The translations under genes were made by a program, and so were the position numbers. DNA of 61,471 nt, counting the filler. It is 12 parts of 12 records of this genome, joined end to end, with 100 filler letters (N's around TTAATTAATTAA, not from the genome) between each part and the next. Parts side by side here need not be neighbours in the genome. Positions count along the whole stretch, not along the records: positions 24,881 to 33,776 come from SRR15195285_4832; positions 33,877 to 38,985 come from SRR15195285_4833; positions 39,086 to 45,401 come from SRR15195285_4835; 9 more parts are not named here. One strand, 5' to 3'. The number at the start of each line of letters is the position of its first letter. The stretch's first letter is position 1. Positions 29,683-39,667 of this stretch are shown here, one piece after another. The notes below the pieces were generated by a model. That model saw nothing but the letters and a program-made list of their open reading frames with translations. It made no database searches and was not told the origin of the DNA.

Positions 29683-32597
29683 TTAGTAGTACACGATCGT
29701 TGGCGAGACGTCGGTCACACACTCTCCCTTGTGGCACGCATCAAGACACTCCGTGCGAGCGAAGTCTTGTTGCGCGGCGCTCGCCGCCTGCGCTTCGCTT
29801 GCTACCAGATGAAACGCCGCATTTGCACTAGTCTGTCCGAGGAGCTCGTGCTGACCAGCCCATTTTGCGCTGGGGTCTTCACAGCTAACCAGCCGGGCGT
29901 TCGAAACACCCTGTGCAATCCACGCGCCCAGACAATACTCTTGGGTCCCCAGAAGCGGCGAAGCTGAGAAAAGGCGAAACCGAGTTGCATTCCCAGTTGT
30001 GAGCTTCTTCCATGTTCCGAGGCCAAGCCGACCCTCTGAGTTGCATGGATAGACCGCGGTGGACAAGCTGTCCTGTAGCAGAATGGACTCAGTCATCAAG
30101 CAGCCTGGCAGTGCCGACCTCAACCCTGCCGCCCTCAAATGGCCTGTATCCTCATTGAACGTCCACTGCTGCCCCGTATTGGTCGCACTGCAACGACTCG
30201 TGCGCACATTGAACACAGCTGAGCTATTGCTGCCCCATGCTTCCAACTCTAGACCAAACCGAGTATCAAGTTGCTGCAGGCCCGGGATCAACAAGCATGG
30301 CGAGTCCGCAGCTAGCCTGAAAGTCTGACGGTCTAATTTGACATCACCAGTAAAGACGCTATGCACATCCATGTTTTGTGACGCCCATTCGGCCCGTGAA
30401 AAATTCCACGACGGCCACGTCGGATTGACAAATGGATCCTGCTCCACACAGTTGTAGTCGTTGACCTTTGGGAGGATTGGATCTGCTTTGTTGACGTACT
30501 TAATGTTTGCCGGAGAAACTCCAGATACATGTGGAGCGTTCTTCAAGTCGAGCATAATGTTTCGTGTCCAGCTGTCGCTGTTGTTCATCATGGTAAGTTC
30601 GAACCGGAGATTGTGTGGGTTGACACCTTCATTCATTTCATCTCCCATGATCAGGTTGTTCACAGTGGTGCGCAGATCTCCTTCACGATTCTTCATGGCG
30701 CAGCCAATCATGATATTCGAGCTCGTTATGATGTTTGAGCTACCATCATCCAGGTCTGCACACGCATAGTCCGATGACTGCGGCCCGTGAGCGAGCAGAT
30801 TACTGCGGAGCAATACAGGCGCTGTGATATCAACCTGGACATTTCCTGCTGCATGGATGCTGGGGAACACGCCGTTCATCCCGGGTCCGTGACTCCACGC
30901 AAGGTCCCAGTATCTTTCGCGTCCCCAGCTATTGAACGGTCTAGCGACACGACACCGCAACAAAAGCGCACAATCACCACCAGCCCATGTACACATTGTA
31001 AACACTCAACAGGCTACTCGAAGTCAGTGTGTGGCGATTAAACTGATGGACGAATGCATGTCACGTACCCATGATCGCTCGTATCTCTCACCGTGTTCCA
31101 GACAAAGTTATAGGCGATGTCGTGACCTCCGACCAGGCCATCGTTCATCAGAATACCCGCGCGTGGCACATTGCGGATCATATTGTGGCTAGCATTTATA
31201 CGCTGCGAATTCGAGATGAAGATGCCTGCTACTTGTTTGTCGTAGTAGCCCAGTTCCGCCATGAAGCTGTTCTTGACACTGCAGTCTGTTGGAAACGCGG
31301 CATAGGTGCCGTGCGACTTGTGACGATTCCCAACAAACGCCACAGCTGACGCCCCAGCTGCGACAAACCGACACCTATCGATGTGGATTTCAGAGTTCCG
31401 TTCGTTGACCATCACACCGTTGCTTCCAACCTGATCGAAGAAGCAATTGGTGACGGAGCAGTTGGCACTGTCCTCAAAGTAAACGGAGCCACCTCGAAAA
31501 ATTGTCCAGTCTCCTCGGGAGGGATTGTCATAGGGGAGCATGTACTGAGCGGAGGTGTGCGTGATGTTGAGACCACGGAGGTGAATGTTCTGTGAACGAA
31601 CGAACTCAAACGGCTGGGCAACTACTGGAGCAACCACGTCCGCTGTCTGGATGTCCAGGCCTTGCGGCACCACTAGCTCCACCGTCTGAGCCTCGACATC
31701 CAAGAACCATTCCCAGGCCGCGTCCAACTCTTCGCGAATTGCCTCTACAAAAAATCTCCCACCACCGTGAGGTTTGTCGCCATTTGGAAATTCGTGCGTG
31801 TTGATGTGCCAGCCACCTCGCTTCCATGTGAGCGTGTCGTTGGAGCGCTTGATACCGTCATAGATCAAAATCCCCCAGCTCGCATGTCCCCACGGAAACA
31901 TGTGCAGCGTGGCATTGTTCGCGGGGTTCGTCCACTCTCTCGGCGAGAATCCCTCGGGGTCATACACAATTCCAGCGTCGCCAAGTGATGGCCAGCGCTG
32001 CTTATCTGGGTGCGGAACACTTTTCGCGACGTTGTGGTAGCCTTTCCCGTCAACGGTAGGATCGAGTGGATCAAAGTTAGGAAATCGTGCTCGTGGGCAA
32101 CGCTTGCCGTTGACGAAGAGCTGTTCGAAGAATTTGACTGGGAAGTCTGCAGGGAGGTTGCACTTGTAAACTGCCCCACCAGCTACTGCGGCACCTTTCT
32201 CGAAGCAGCCCTGTGGCAGCGGTGCGCCACCGGACACTGACACTTTCCCGATCGCTGCCTCAGGGTCTGCTTGATAAACAACAGAGCGTCCAGCACTAGA
32301 ATCCTCGTCGCCAAACCGCAGTGGGCGAAGCAAGCGGTGCGTGCCCGGCTTCAGCACTACAACTGCATCGTGTCCCGCAGCGGCGGCAGCCCGCGCCCGG
32401 CGCTGCGCCTCGTGCAACGAAGTGGCCGCCTCCGCGTCCATGGCGCTGGCAAGATCAGAGGATGCCGTTCTGGCATCTCCAGCAGGCGGTTCAGTCGGCA
32501 ATACCTCAATCCGGACGACTCCAGCTGCGCAGCTACAAAGCTCAGAGCACGCCGAAAGCAGTGCCAGCACCGCAGCACAAATCTTCATCTCCACCAT
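29683..32597 (-). CDS. Secreted right-handed beta-helix protein (GH141-like) with C-terminal ricin-type lectin domain, 2 exons
   Basis: Signal peptide; QLFVNGKRCPRARFPN; EELDAAWEWF; RGDWTIFRGG; intron 31068-30941 restores DHG|PFNSWGRER; DLDDGSSN; GQQWTF and CL-containing ricin repeats. Confidence 0.85.
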
Positions 32598-32857
32598 ACT
32601 ACAGCTGTAGTATCGGTCGCGGTATCGATCGCGGCGGCGCCGGCACGCGCGCCGCGCGTATGTACGCGTGGAGGGCCCGCGCGCGGATGATGCCGAATAC
32701 GAATACCATCTATTATAGGATATATATTGGAATTAGTATTGGGCGGTACAATCTGGGCACTGACTCAAGCCGACTGCCCGGCCCCGGCGCGCGTGTGCAT
32801 GTACTAGTATGAGCATGAGCCGCGCCGCCGGGCACATTTTTATACACCTCCAAGTTA

Positions 32858-33053
32858 GAGAATAAATGTATGTGTGTTTGCACGGTAAGGTCCGCGCGGG
32901 GCGACGTGCACGGTCAGCGCGCGCACGCGCGGCCTACAGCGAGGCGGCACACGATGGTCCGCTCAGAAACACCTTTTCTGAGCGGACCATGCGCCAATCG
33001 GCGCCAGCCTAGCGCCGTATGTGGCACGGAGCCAGCCTAGCGCCGTATGTGGC
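32858..33053. repeat. Dispersed element, copy 2, followed by a 16-bp-stem hairpin and a 23-bp direct repeat
   Basis: Homologous to 9573-9704; ATGGTCCGCTCAGAAA-cacct-TTTCTGAGCGGACCAT; GCCAGCCTAGCGCCGTATGTGGC at 33003 and 33031. Confidence 0.8.
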
Positions 33054-33776
33054 GGTTTCCGATAGTACAGCGGAAACCACCACACGGAGCCCGTGCTATC
33101 TCCAGCCCCGGTGTTGTCATCAGTGACGTGCGCTGTGAAATCTGCGCCAATAGATTGAGAACGGCACGCACCAGACGAAAAAGAAAAGTTGATCAGCCTG
33201 AGCTGGGAATCCGCATTCAACTGACTGGGTGATCAGCGGGGGTGATCAAGACTGGGGCAAATTTCCGATTTTCTGCAGTCGATTTGGGAAGTGATTGTGA
33301 ATTCACGATAACCATTCTTTTTTCGTTCGGTGCCTGCCGCTCTCGCTCTCTCGGAGAGATTATCCAATGTTGGGATGTCGAAAAATGTGGAGACGTGCCA
33401 TCATACTAGTACTACTGTACAGTACCATTCATACAGCTGCATTCGAATACCGTTGTGGTATTCGAACATAAATTGTACTTTTCAGAGACGGTGCTACTAT
33501 AATATGAATCGAGATCTTAGCGAGAGCACTTCTGACGAAATCAATTCTCCTCGTCCGTGGAGCTGGAGAACGGGCGTGATCCCAGGTGCGATCTTGAGCA
33601 TCCGAACTCCGGTGAGGCCATTGTCACGATCAGGATGAGGATCACGCCTCTGAAGAGTGAAGACGCATCGCGACCGCGGACCGATCTCAGCGCTAGCGCC
33701 GGGATCACGCCCGCGCGCGCGGCCGGCGTCGTGGCCGTGCGCACGGTCAGGCTGCACGCACGGCGGCCTGGGCGCA

Positions 33777-33876
33777 NNNNNNNNNNNNNNNNNNNNNNNN
33801 NNNNNNNNNNNNNNNNNNNNTTAATTAATTAANNNNNNNNNNNNNNNNNNNNNNNNNNNNNNNNNNNNNNNNNNNN
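33777..33876. other. Artificial contig linker
   Basis: N44-TTAATTAATTAA-N44. Confidence 0.99.
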
Positions 33877-34092
33877 GGTCGTAACACATGCATTGCTACC
33901 TTAGGTACCGGATTACCGGTAGAACATGCATGTGAACACATGCACGATGCACCCACGAGCAGTCGACGATCGAGTGGCGGCCGCGCCGCGCGTCCCTCCG
34001 TCAACTCCAAGTCCAACTGAGGACGGACCACGGAGCAGCCTCGACCTGCGTGTCGCCGCGGTGCGGGCGTGCGTTGCAGCGCTCTCTAGAGC

Positions 34093-35490
34093 ATGGGCGC
34101 ATGCCGCTCACCGCGCTGAGGCTGCTTCCGCGGGGTGGGCCCGTGCTCGTCCGGGCAGGAGGCTGCGTGGCGCGGCGTCTTGGGACATCACATCAGAGCA
34201 GCTGGCGGATTCACCACCGAGGCATGGTAGCCACACGTAGTGGCGGCGGCTGCGGCGGCAGCAGCGTCCAAGGTGCGGGAACCTGCGCGGTGCCGCTGAA
34301 ACGGAGCGAAGTCAAAAAACGGAAGATCGACGCTCGCTCTCTGGCCACGCAATCCACTCCAAAAGGAGCCAAGCCCCCGGCGTCAGCGAAGAAAGCACGC
34401 GTGGGAGCGAAGAAGACCGCGCGCGTGGGAACGAAGAAGACTACTCCGCCCAAGACGGGCGCGGTGACCCCGCCCAGCGGTTGGGAGAAGCAGTACACGA
34501 TCGTTCAGGAAATGCGGACGATCCTCGACGCGCCTGTGGACGAATTTGGCAGCGAGGCGCTACCGGAACGCGAGGCGCCACCGGAAGTGTTCCGCTACCA
34601 GGTCCTGGTCGCGCTGATGCTCAGCTCGCAGACTCGCGATCAAGTTGTTGGCTCCGCGATGCGCAAACTACAGGCACATGGGTTGACTATACATAATATT
34701 CTGCAGACAGATGACGAAGTTTTGCGCTCGATGCTGTTTGGAGTTGGATTCTACAACAACAAGACAAAGTTCATTAAAAAAACCTCGCAATTACTGCTGG
34801 AGAAGCACGGTGGCGACGTGCCGAGAACCGCGAAGGAGCTTTGTGCCCTCCCTGGAATCGGCCCGAAGATGGCTTACATCATTCTCAACGTCGCTCATGG
34901 TATAGTGACTGGCATCGGAATTGATACTCACATGCACAGAATCATGAACCAGTTGCGCTGGATGCAGACTAAGACACCGGAACAGACCCGTGCCGTGCTC
35001 GAATCGTGGCTCCCCCGAGAAGAGTGGGGAAAGATCAATCTGCTCTTCGTGGGCTTTGGGCAGCAGGTACGTTTGCCGATGCTTTGCTCGCAGCGGTTCG
35101 CCATCTCTGGAAGAGCACAGGTTCTCCTTTCTCGCACATGATTCGGATTACCGCTGAATACGTGGGACGCCGGCGCAGATACAAACAGAGCCAACGAAGC
35201 TCCTGATCCGGGCTTGTGACAGCAGCGACCCGCCCGCTACCTTCCAGCTGCTTCGGAAAGTCGGCGTCGACATTCACTCCCGGGATACCAAAGATCAGAA
35301 ACGGACGGCCTTACACCAGGTGGCAGCGCGAACAGGAGCTGCCGCGGTGTTTAAGACACCGGAGCAGCAGCTGCAGTACCTCCGGCGACTGCTGGCTGCG
35401 GGCGCCAAGCCAGCACTGAAGGATGGAGATGGACTGACTGCGGCGCAACTCGCAGGCCCAGAGATATGGACTCAGCTAGAGTCGACCTAG
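34093..35490 (+). CDS. NTHL1: Endonuclease III homolog (NTH1/NTHL1) with C-terminal ankyrin repeats, 2 exons; start Met uncertain
   Basis: LMLSSQTRD, VGFYNNK, HhH LPGIGPKMA (catalytic Lys), IDTHMHR (Asp), LESWLP, VGFGQQ; intron 35067-35178; exon 2 has RTALHQVA and AGAKPALKDGDGLTAAQLA. Confidence 0.9.
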
Positions 35491-35704
35491 AGATCCACTG
35501 AGACGTACGGTGGGCGATAATGCAAACAGAGGAAGGCTGATATTACTGCATTGAAATCATGCTACTTGCGATATTGAATAAATTGCGGCTCGAGTATATT
35601 CTCGAAAACTAGAACCGGTGCTGTATACACCATAAAGGGGATAGATAGATATTATAATGGGGCTGCCCACGTCGCTATCAGCGGCGGTGTGAGATGGAAG
35701 ATGC

Positions 35705-37423
35705 TCAGATATCCGTGACCAGATCCGCTTCAGGAAAGTGTGAAACCTCTGTCACCGCGCGCTTCTGATGTGAGCCTCTGACCATCGACCCAGCCGGCAC
35801 ACCAGAGGTCGGGTCGGCCGCCGGTGAGACAGGCGAACTGCTGTTGCAACCCACTCTAGGTGGCTCGGCTGCGGAAGCCGCAACCGGCAACATCTCTAGC
35901 GACTCGACAGGAGACGGCACTTTCACCGCGTCTGCTGGTACACCGCCGCTGCAGCCAGCCTCGGGCCCGACAGACGCCATGCTCGCCGCATCCAGAGCAC
36001 TACGCAATGCCTCCAAGCCCCGCTCATCATGCTGCAAGCTGTTCCGTCGCCGCCGTCCTGGACGACCCTCCTCTACCGGTTCTGGATCAGAAAACAGGGC
36101 ATCAGCTGGGATCGACTGAGTCGCTGGCGGCTCACCCTCTTCAACGTCGTCTCCGTCTGAGTACTCGTCGATGGGTTCTGGCTCAGTAGCTGTGATGCTT
36201 GAGTCACCTGGGCTTCCGTCGCGGTACGCAGCCTGCGTGTGGTCCACTGAGAAGATGCAGTCATTGATATCCTCGTCGAAATCCGACTCCCACGACACTG
36301 ACCCACAGCTCGACATTGAGCTGCCCCCATGGCCTCCGCCGGCGGCAGCAGTGCCGCTGCTGCCACTGCCGCTGCCCTCGCCCCCGCCACCAGATTTGCT
36401 GGGCGCAAACCACAAGGTGCCACCCGCCGCACCTTTTGGTACAGGCCATGCCACGGCGTCAAACCCAGCCGCAGCAGCAGCGCTCGCGGCGCTCGAGAGT
36501 TTGAAAGCCGCGCCCTTGACGTTCGCGAGCCAAGGATGCGCCAGCGCGTCCTTTGCCGAAATCCGAGTGGCAGGATTTGCGTCGAGCATACGCGTCAGCA
36601 GGCTCCGGCATTCTTCAGAGAGGGCGGATGGAATGGTGTACTTGCCCTTGCGGATGCGAGCGCAGACTTTGCTCGTGGGCTCGCCACCCATATCGGCCGG
36701 ACCGTCGTAGCCAAACGGGTACGCGCAGCAGACCAAAATGTAGAGGATAACGCCGAGGGACCAGACGTCGGCAGCCTGGCCGTCGTATGATACGTGGCTA
36801 CTGTTGGCCATCGTCACCTCCGGCGCCATGTAGCTAATAGTACCCACCTTCGTGTTCGGCTGCGAGTGCATCGCCGAGTCCTTCGACAGGCCGAAATCCG
36901 TGACCTTGACGAACTCGTGGGTCCGCATGCCCGCCGCCTCCTCGACCAGCACCAAATTCTCCAGCTTCAGGTCGCGATGGCACACGCCGTTGCCATGGCA
37001 GTAGGCCAGCGCGGACACGATCTGGTGGAAGACAACCTTCGCCCGTGGCTCCTCGAAGGCTCCGTCCTTGACCGACCCGTAGAGCTCGCCGCCCGCCGCC
37101 AGCTCCATGATCAGATGGACGTAGTTCTCATCGAAGACGACCTCCATCAGGTTGATGATGTTCGGGTGCTTCAGCTTGGTGGCGATGTTCAGCTCTCGCA
37201 CCAGCAGCTCGCGCTTGCGACTATTCTGCTCGATGACGAACCGGTCGATCGCCTTGACCGCCACGCGGTCCATGGTGTACTCGTTCACCGCCAAGAACAC
37301 GTTCGCAGAGGCGCCACCGCCTAGCCAGCCTCCTCCCTCGACGATGCGGTAGCGTCCAAGCTGCCCAACGATGACCTGCCCTCCGAGTTGCTCCGCATCT
37401 GCAGCCTTGGTGCCCGACGGCAT
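35705..37423 (-). CDS. Ser/Thr protein kinase, CAMK group, SnRK2-like, intronless
   Basis: GGGASA, VAVK, HRDLKLEN, DFGLSKDSAMHSQPNTKVGT, YDGQAADVWS, AYPF; acidic and Ser-rich tail. Confidence 0.92.
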   Translation of the reverse strand: MPSGTKAADAEQLGGQVIVGQLGRYRIVEGGGWLGGGASANVFLAVNEYTMDRVAVKAIDRFVIEQNSRKRELLVRELNIATKLKHPNIINLMEVVFDENYVHLIMELAAGGELYGSVKDGAFEEPRAKVVFHQIVSALAYCHGNGVCHRDLKLENLVLVEEAAGMRTHEFVKVTDFGLSKDSAMHSQPNTKVGTISYMAPEVTMANSSHVSYDGQAADVWSLGVILYILVCCAYPFGYDGPADMGGEPTSKVCARIRKGKYTIPSALSEECRSLLTRMLDANPATRISAKDALAHPWLANVKGAAFKLSSAASAAAAAGFDAVAWPVPKGAAGGTLWFAPSKSGGGGEGSGSGSSGTAAAGGGHGGSSMSSCGSVSWESDFDEDINDCIFSVDHTQAAYRDGSPGDSSITATEPEPIDEYSDGDDVEEGEPPATQSIPADALFSDPEPVEEGRPGRRRRNSLQHDERGLEALRSALDAASMASVGPEAGCSGGVPADAVKVPSPVESLEMLPVAASAAEPPRVGCNSSSPVSPAADPTSGVPAGSMVRGSHQKRAVTEVSHFPEADLVTDI

Positions 37424-37820
37424 CTCGTGGCAGCCTAGGCTTAGCTATCCTCCGATCGACGCACAAAGCTCGACCCCTACCGCGTCCGCTCACTTCTCTA
37501 CGGCCCACACTCCTACATCCGCCCGCCCCTCACGCTCACACCCGCCCTGCAGCCCCTACCCAGCGCCTCCCGCCGCCTTACCCAACCCAGTGCAAACCCA
37601 GCTTTCCACGACTTGGCCAGCCCTCAGCCCTCTCTCCCTTCCACCCCCACCCCTCTCACCACTCAGGGTCCTCGGCTGGCTCAGGCAAGCTCCTCGCAGC
37701 TCCAAATCACGCTCCGAGAACGCTCCCACCAGCAGCGCCGCTCCTGGGGGCCCAGGGAGATCACAACAAACTACAAAGTGGCCACCACGCCACGCCAGGC
37801 CAGTGGCAGCGCGGCAGGTG

Positions 37821-37967
37821 GTAGGGAAATTACCGGTAGCACGCTCAATATTCAGGAGTTGGTCAGACACCGCGGCAGATGGTACGGTACTGTACTTGAG
37901 TACTATCTAGCTAGTAGGGAAATTACCGGTAGAATGTTCGAGATTCAGGAGTTGGTCAGACACCGCG
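37821..37967. repeat. Two ~54-bp imperfect direct repeats, 93-bp period
   Basis: GTAGGGAAATTACCGGTAG...ATTCAGGAGTTGGTCAGACACCGCG at 37821 and 37914. Confidence 0.85.
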
Positions 37968-38985
37968 ACGACCGCCCTCCCCCGGTCGTGCAAGTTAGCA
38001 ATATGAATGGAATGTTCAAAAAACCAGATGGTTGGAAGCAACCGGATGAGGAACTTGCCTCACGACTTGTCGTGGCCACACGATAGCGGCTCGGCGGGGT
38101 TGTGCACGTACCGGGGATTCAACTCTTCAGACAATCTGCCCAAGTCTCTCTCATTCTGACAGACTTCGGCATTTCAATTCATTACATGATTCTTACATTT
38201 TTTCACGGGAATTGGCTATCAATTACGGGGCTTCCCACTCTGCTGAAATGTCTCGTCCACTCTATAAACACGAAATCGGAAGTGAAAAAACTGGCCAAAC
38301 CCAAAAGTGCTTTTGGTGGGAATTCCTGGCGCGCACGTGCCGCGTTCTGTATTTGGCCAAGAGACACGAAAACTCGTATATACATACTCTCAATTTCACT
38401 CAACATTGGAAGGAAGCACACCAATGCAGTGCGAGACTCAAGTTGCACGACCGGGCCCTGGAAGAGCGTGGTCTGACCAACTCATACTTCATGAATATTG
38501 CCAGACATTTTTGGCACCACCTCTGGGCAAAAATCAGGCTTGTCGCTTGAGACATGAGAGAGACGTGGAGGATCGGAGTGACTTGTGTCCATCACGAACC
38601 CATCACGCAGATTGGCGTCACGGTGAGTTCGGTGAGCCGGCTACAGCTGTACACAATTGTAGCATCATTATACACCCGCGCAGTGCGTTACAAAATAGCT
38701 ACTACTGTAGCTATTCGAATATGTTGCATCAGTTGTTGCATCACGGTGTACACTCAGGTTGGATGGCTGCCGCTCGCGAGCGTGCACCGTGCAGGCGCGC
38801 GCGTGGATGGTGACGCCTGACGCTACCGGTACAACGTTCAAGGGGTCCTTGAAAAGCCGTCTTATTAACTCGTAGAGAATTTCATTCCAATCAATATCAA
38901 CTTGGACGACTTGAAATCGTAATGCAACTCGGCCGGTGCTGCGTGAACCCTCGTGATCTCAGAGGGTGGGTTGGATTCTTTTTGG

Positions 38986-39085
38986 NNNNNNNNNNNNNNN
39001 NNNNNNNNNNNNNNNNNNNNNNNNNNNNNTTAATTAATTAANNNNNNNNNNNNNNNNNNNNNNNNNNNNNNNNNNNNNNNNNNNN
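38986..39085. other. Artificial contig linker
   Basis: N44-TTAATTAATTAA-N44. Confidence 0.99.
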
Positions 39086-39667
39086 TAGAATTGGTGTCGT
39101 ATGCTCATCCAGAATTTCACACCGATTCTCCATGCCGTGTCGCATCGAGATTCAGTGCTCCTCTCCGGTCTCCGCAGCAACCACAAATCTGTTCAGGCCG
39201 CCGCCGTTGGTGGTACGCAGGTACGCTGGTACGGTGCTGGCGGCGGCAGTTGCCCAACTACGGTACCCCGGTACGTGTACACTGTAGCGTGCCGCGAGCT
39301 ACGCTAGCTACATGTGGCTCTGTGGGCGCTACACCGTCCACGTGTACGTGGCGCTCCGTGCGTACTCTGAGTAGAGTATCGGCGATGCTTGCGTCGACTG
39401 CCGGCTAGGCTCTCTACCTCAGGTCTGCACTGAGAGACTACGACCGTACCTCAGGTCCTCTGGCTACTGCTCCATACCGCCGCTGTTGGAGGGCAGTACA
39501 CGGCCTACAATGGAGAGGTAGTCTCTCAGTGTGCGGGTCGACTGTATACCGTTGTGGTCTCTCATACAGTGTGCTTGTGGAGTGACTGGGGGAGTGACTG
39601 CAGCGAATCGACGCCATAGAGAGCTGAAAAGCAGCGGCAGGACAGATCATCTGGGAGGGACGGCGCG

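Noticed and set aside
37821-37967. Mini CRISPR array
   Set aside because: Two imperfect units only, eukaryotic context, no cas genes
38090-38955. Short ORFs in an AT-richer stretch as a transposase or gene
   Set aside because: No recognisable motif or consistent splice model; may be a decayed repeat
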